Assembly: GCA_034520965.1 (NCBI GenBank)
Contig: JAXHMY010000002.1
Coordinates: 288,001 to 352,000, forward strand
DNA length: 64,000 nucleotides
Direction: 5' to 3'
Source: Spirochaetia bacterium
Lineage (GTDB): Bacteria > Spirochaetota > Spirochaetia > DSM-16054 > Sediminispirochaetaceae
A program made the position numbers and the translations under genes. Positions 62,302 to 64,000 of the stretch are shown here, piece after piece (within the stretch, counting starts at the first letter, position 1; the number at the start of each line of letters is the position of its first letter). A model generated the notes under the pieces. It made no database searches and was not told the origin of the DNA. It saw only the letters and a program-made list of their open reading frames with translations.

Positions 62302-63846
62302 ATGCCTTCGAAAGAACAGCGACAAGCAAAAAAAGAAGAAAAAAAGAAAGCTTCTGCACAAAATACAGTTGAAAAGAAGCGGACTCAGCATCCCTTGACA
62401 TGGGCCCTGAGTGTAGTTGTATTGATAATTGTAGTGGTAGCCTTTGTTGTTGCCCCCGCTTTAGGCGGTATGGGCCAACAGAGCAGGTTGATCTTTGGTT
62501 ACTACAACGGTGAAGCTATAGAATATAAGCCCGACAGCTACTTTGCCCGGCAGCGGGACGCCTATGCCGAACAAATCGAACAACAGTCAGATCAAAACTC
62601 CGACAACTTCCAGTGGCAGGCGCTGCAGGTATGGAAAGGTGCCTTTGATTCCACGGTAGTTCATACGGCCATTCTTCAGCAGGCCGAGAAAAGCGGCTTG
62701 GTAATCTCGGAGAAGAAACTCGATCGTAATATTGCACAGTACGGGCCTTACCGCGAAAACGGGAAGTTCAGCGCCGAGCTGTACAGGAATGCTTCCAACG
62801 CTGAAAAAACGGCTACCCGCGAGCTTTTCAATGAGAACCTAATCCACGATCAATGGACACAGGATATTTCCAATATTCCCTCACCGGAAGCCGAAAAAAA
62901 GTTTATGCTGGGCATGACCAGTCCCGAACGCAAGTTTCGCTATGTCGACTTTTCACTGAACAACTTCCCCGACCAAAGGGTGATTGACTTTGCCGAAGAA
63001 AACAGCCGGCTGTTTCAGAAGATGAAACTCAGCCGAATATCCCTGCGTATGGACGAGAGCGAGGCTAAACAGATCTATCAGCAACTGGAGGAATCTCCCA
63101 GCCGCTTTGAGGAACTTGCCCAGAACCACTCCTCCGACGAGAACGCCGAGAAGGGCGGTGATATGGGCTGGGTACGCTACCATGAGCTGGCCGGCATGTT
63201 TGAAGACAGCAGCAAAGCCGACCCGATCTTTGCACTTGAAAAGAGTGAGATTTCCGGTTTGGTAGAAACCTCCTTTGGCTGGGCCATTTACCGAAGCGAC
63301 GAGGAAGCCATGGTACCCGATTTTACCGACGAGGATGAAATTGCGGCAGCACGCTCCTACTTAATCCGCAACGAACGGGGTCAGGTTGAGGACTACTTTA
63401 TCAATCGTGCCAATAGTTTTGTAGCCGATGCTGAAGAAGCGGGTTTTTCGACTGCTGCAGCGGCAGCCAATCTTTCCCCTGCCGAAACAAAATACTTTCC
63501 AATTAACTACGGAGAGAGCTTCTTCCTAAAACCGATTCAAATTGAAAATGAAAATGGAAGTGGTATCCTGCAACGGGCTCAATCGAACCAGCGGATACTT
63601 ACCAGCCTTTTTTCCGTGGGGCAGAACGATTTTACCGAACCCTTTGTTCTGGGCAACTCGGTAGTCGTAGCCCAGCTGCTTGATGAACGCCAGGCTCCCG
63701 AAGAGGAAGTAGAGCAAATAGCCAATTACCACTCTTACATTATACAAAACTTCCAGCGTGAAGAAATTCAAACTCACTTTCTGCAATCAGACAAACTAGA
63801 GGACAACTTTATGCAGGTGTTCTCTAAACATTTCCTAAGTTCTTAG
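62302..63846 (+). CDS. PpiD/SurA-like peptidyl-prolyl isomerase
   Basis: N-terminal TM anchor; parvulin motif FEELAQNHSSD....GGDMGW, ETSFGW. Confidence 0.85.
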   Translation: MPSKEQRQAKKEEKKKASAQNTVEKKRTQHPLTWALSVVVLIIVVVAFVVAPALGGMGQQSRLIFGYYNGEAIEYKPDSYFARQRDAYAEQIEQQSDQNSDNFQWQALQVWKGAFDSTVVHTAILQQAEKSGLVISEKKLDRNIAQYGPYRENGKFSAELYRNASNAEKTATRELFNENLIHDQWTQDISNIPSPEAEKKFMLGMTSPERKFRYVDFSLNNFPDQRVIDFAEENSRLFQKMKLSRISLRMDESEAKQIYQQLEESPSRFEELAQNHSSDENAEKGGDMGWVRYHELAGMFEDSSKADPIFALEKSEISGLVETSFGWAIYRSDEEAMVPDFTDEDEIAAARSYLIRNERGQVEDYFINRANSFVADAEEAGFSTAAAAANLSPAETKYFPINYGESFFLKPIQIENENGSGILQRAQSNQRILTSLFSVGQNDFTEPFVLGNSVVVAQLLDERQAPEEEVEQIANYHSYIIQNFQREEIQTHFLQSDKLEDNFMQVFSKHFLSS

Positions 63847-63858
63847 TAGTACGTGAAC

Positions 63859-64000
63859 ATGCAAGAACAAGCCCCCCTGCTGACCGAGGTAAGCGGGGGG
63901 ACTTCGATTGTATTTAAAAATAAGGAACTCTACAGCCGCAGTTCACCTCGCACGAGGGCCGAAGAACGGGCGGCGGCCTTTGAACTTGAAACCCACACAC
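63859..64000 (+). CDS. Partial CDS, possibly MAF/DUF115 (MptE-like) family
   Basis: MQEQAPLL...FKNKELYSRSSP..RAE; only 47 codons visible. Confidence 0.4.
   Translation, partial: MQEQAPLLTEVSGGTSIVFKNKELYSRSSPRTRAEERAAAFELETHT

Overview
A 64-kb bacterial chromosomal window, most likely from a free-living spirochaete. This is inferred from the PEGA protein, the TIGR03545/TIGR03546-type pair, spirochaete-style signal peptides and the PpiD/MAF-like neighbourhood. It mixes housekeeping genes (gpmA, typA, msrAB, tRNA-Pro, tRNA-Asp) with accessory loci. About 15 genes are split by single-base frameshifts, probably largely uncorrected long-read errors. Highlights: (1) a three-copy 141-142 bp non-coding MITE with CAG...CTG ends, 9-bp target-site duplications and two long hairpins showing compensatory changes; (2) two divergent IS elements of an IS1/IS1595-like group with distinct terminal inverted repeats; (3) a CysRS paralogue that has lost two zinc ligands and the anticodon-binding domain; (4) a Thermotoga-type iolG/iolO/iolM/iolN inositol cluster under a LacI regulator with visible operators; (5) a 2.4-kb LuxR-pair/lipoprotein insert bracketed by a 101-bp direct repeat of a gene 3' end; (6) a sugar ABC + phosphodiester-glycosidase-like + GT-A operon with an XRE/sugar-binding regulator; (7) a eukaryote-type duplicated phosphofructokinase; (8) an in-frame BrnT-BrnA fusion; (9) decayed type I RM and ISAs1 debris next to tRNA-Pro. 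All family calls come from motif recognition by eye; no database searches were run.
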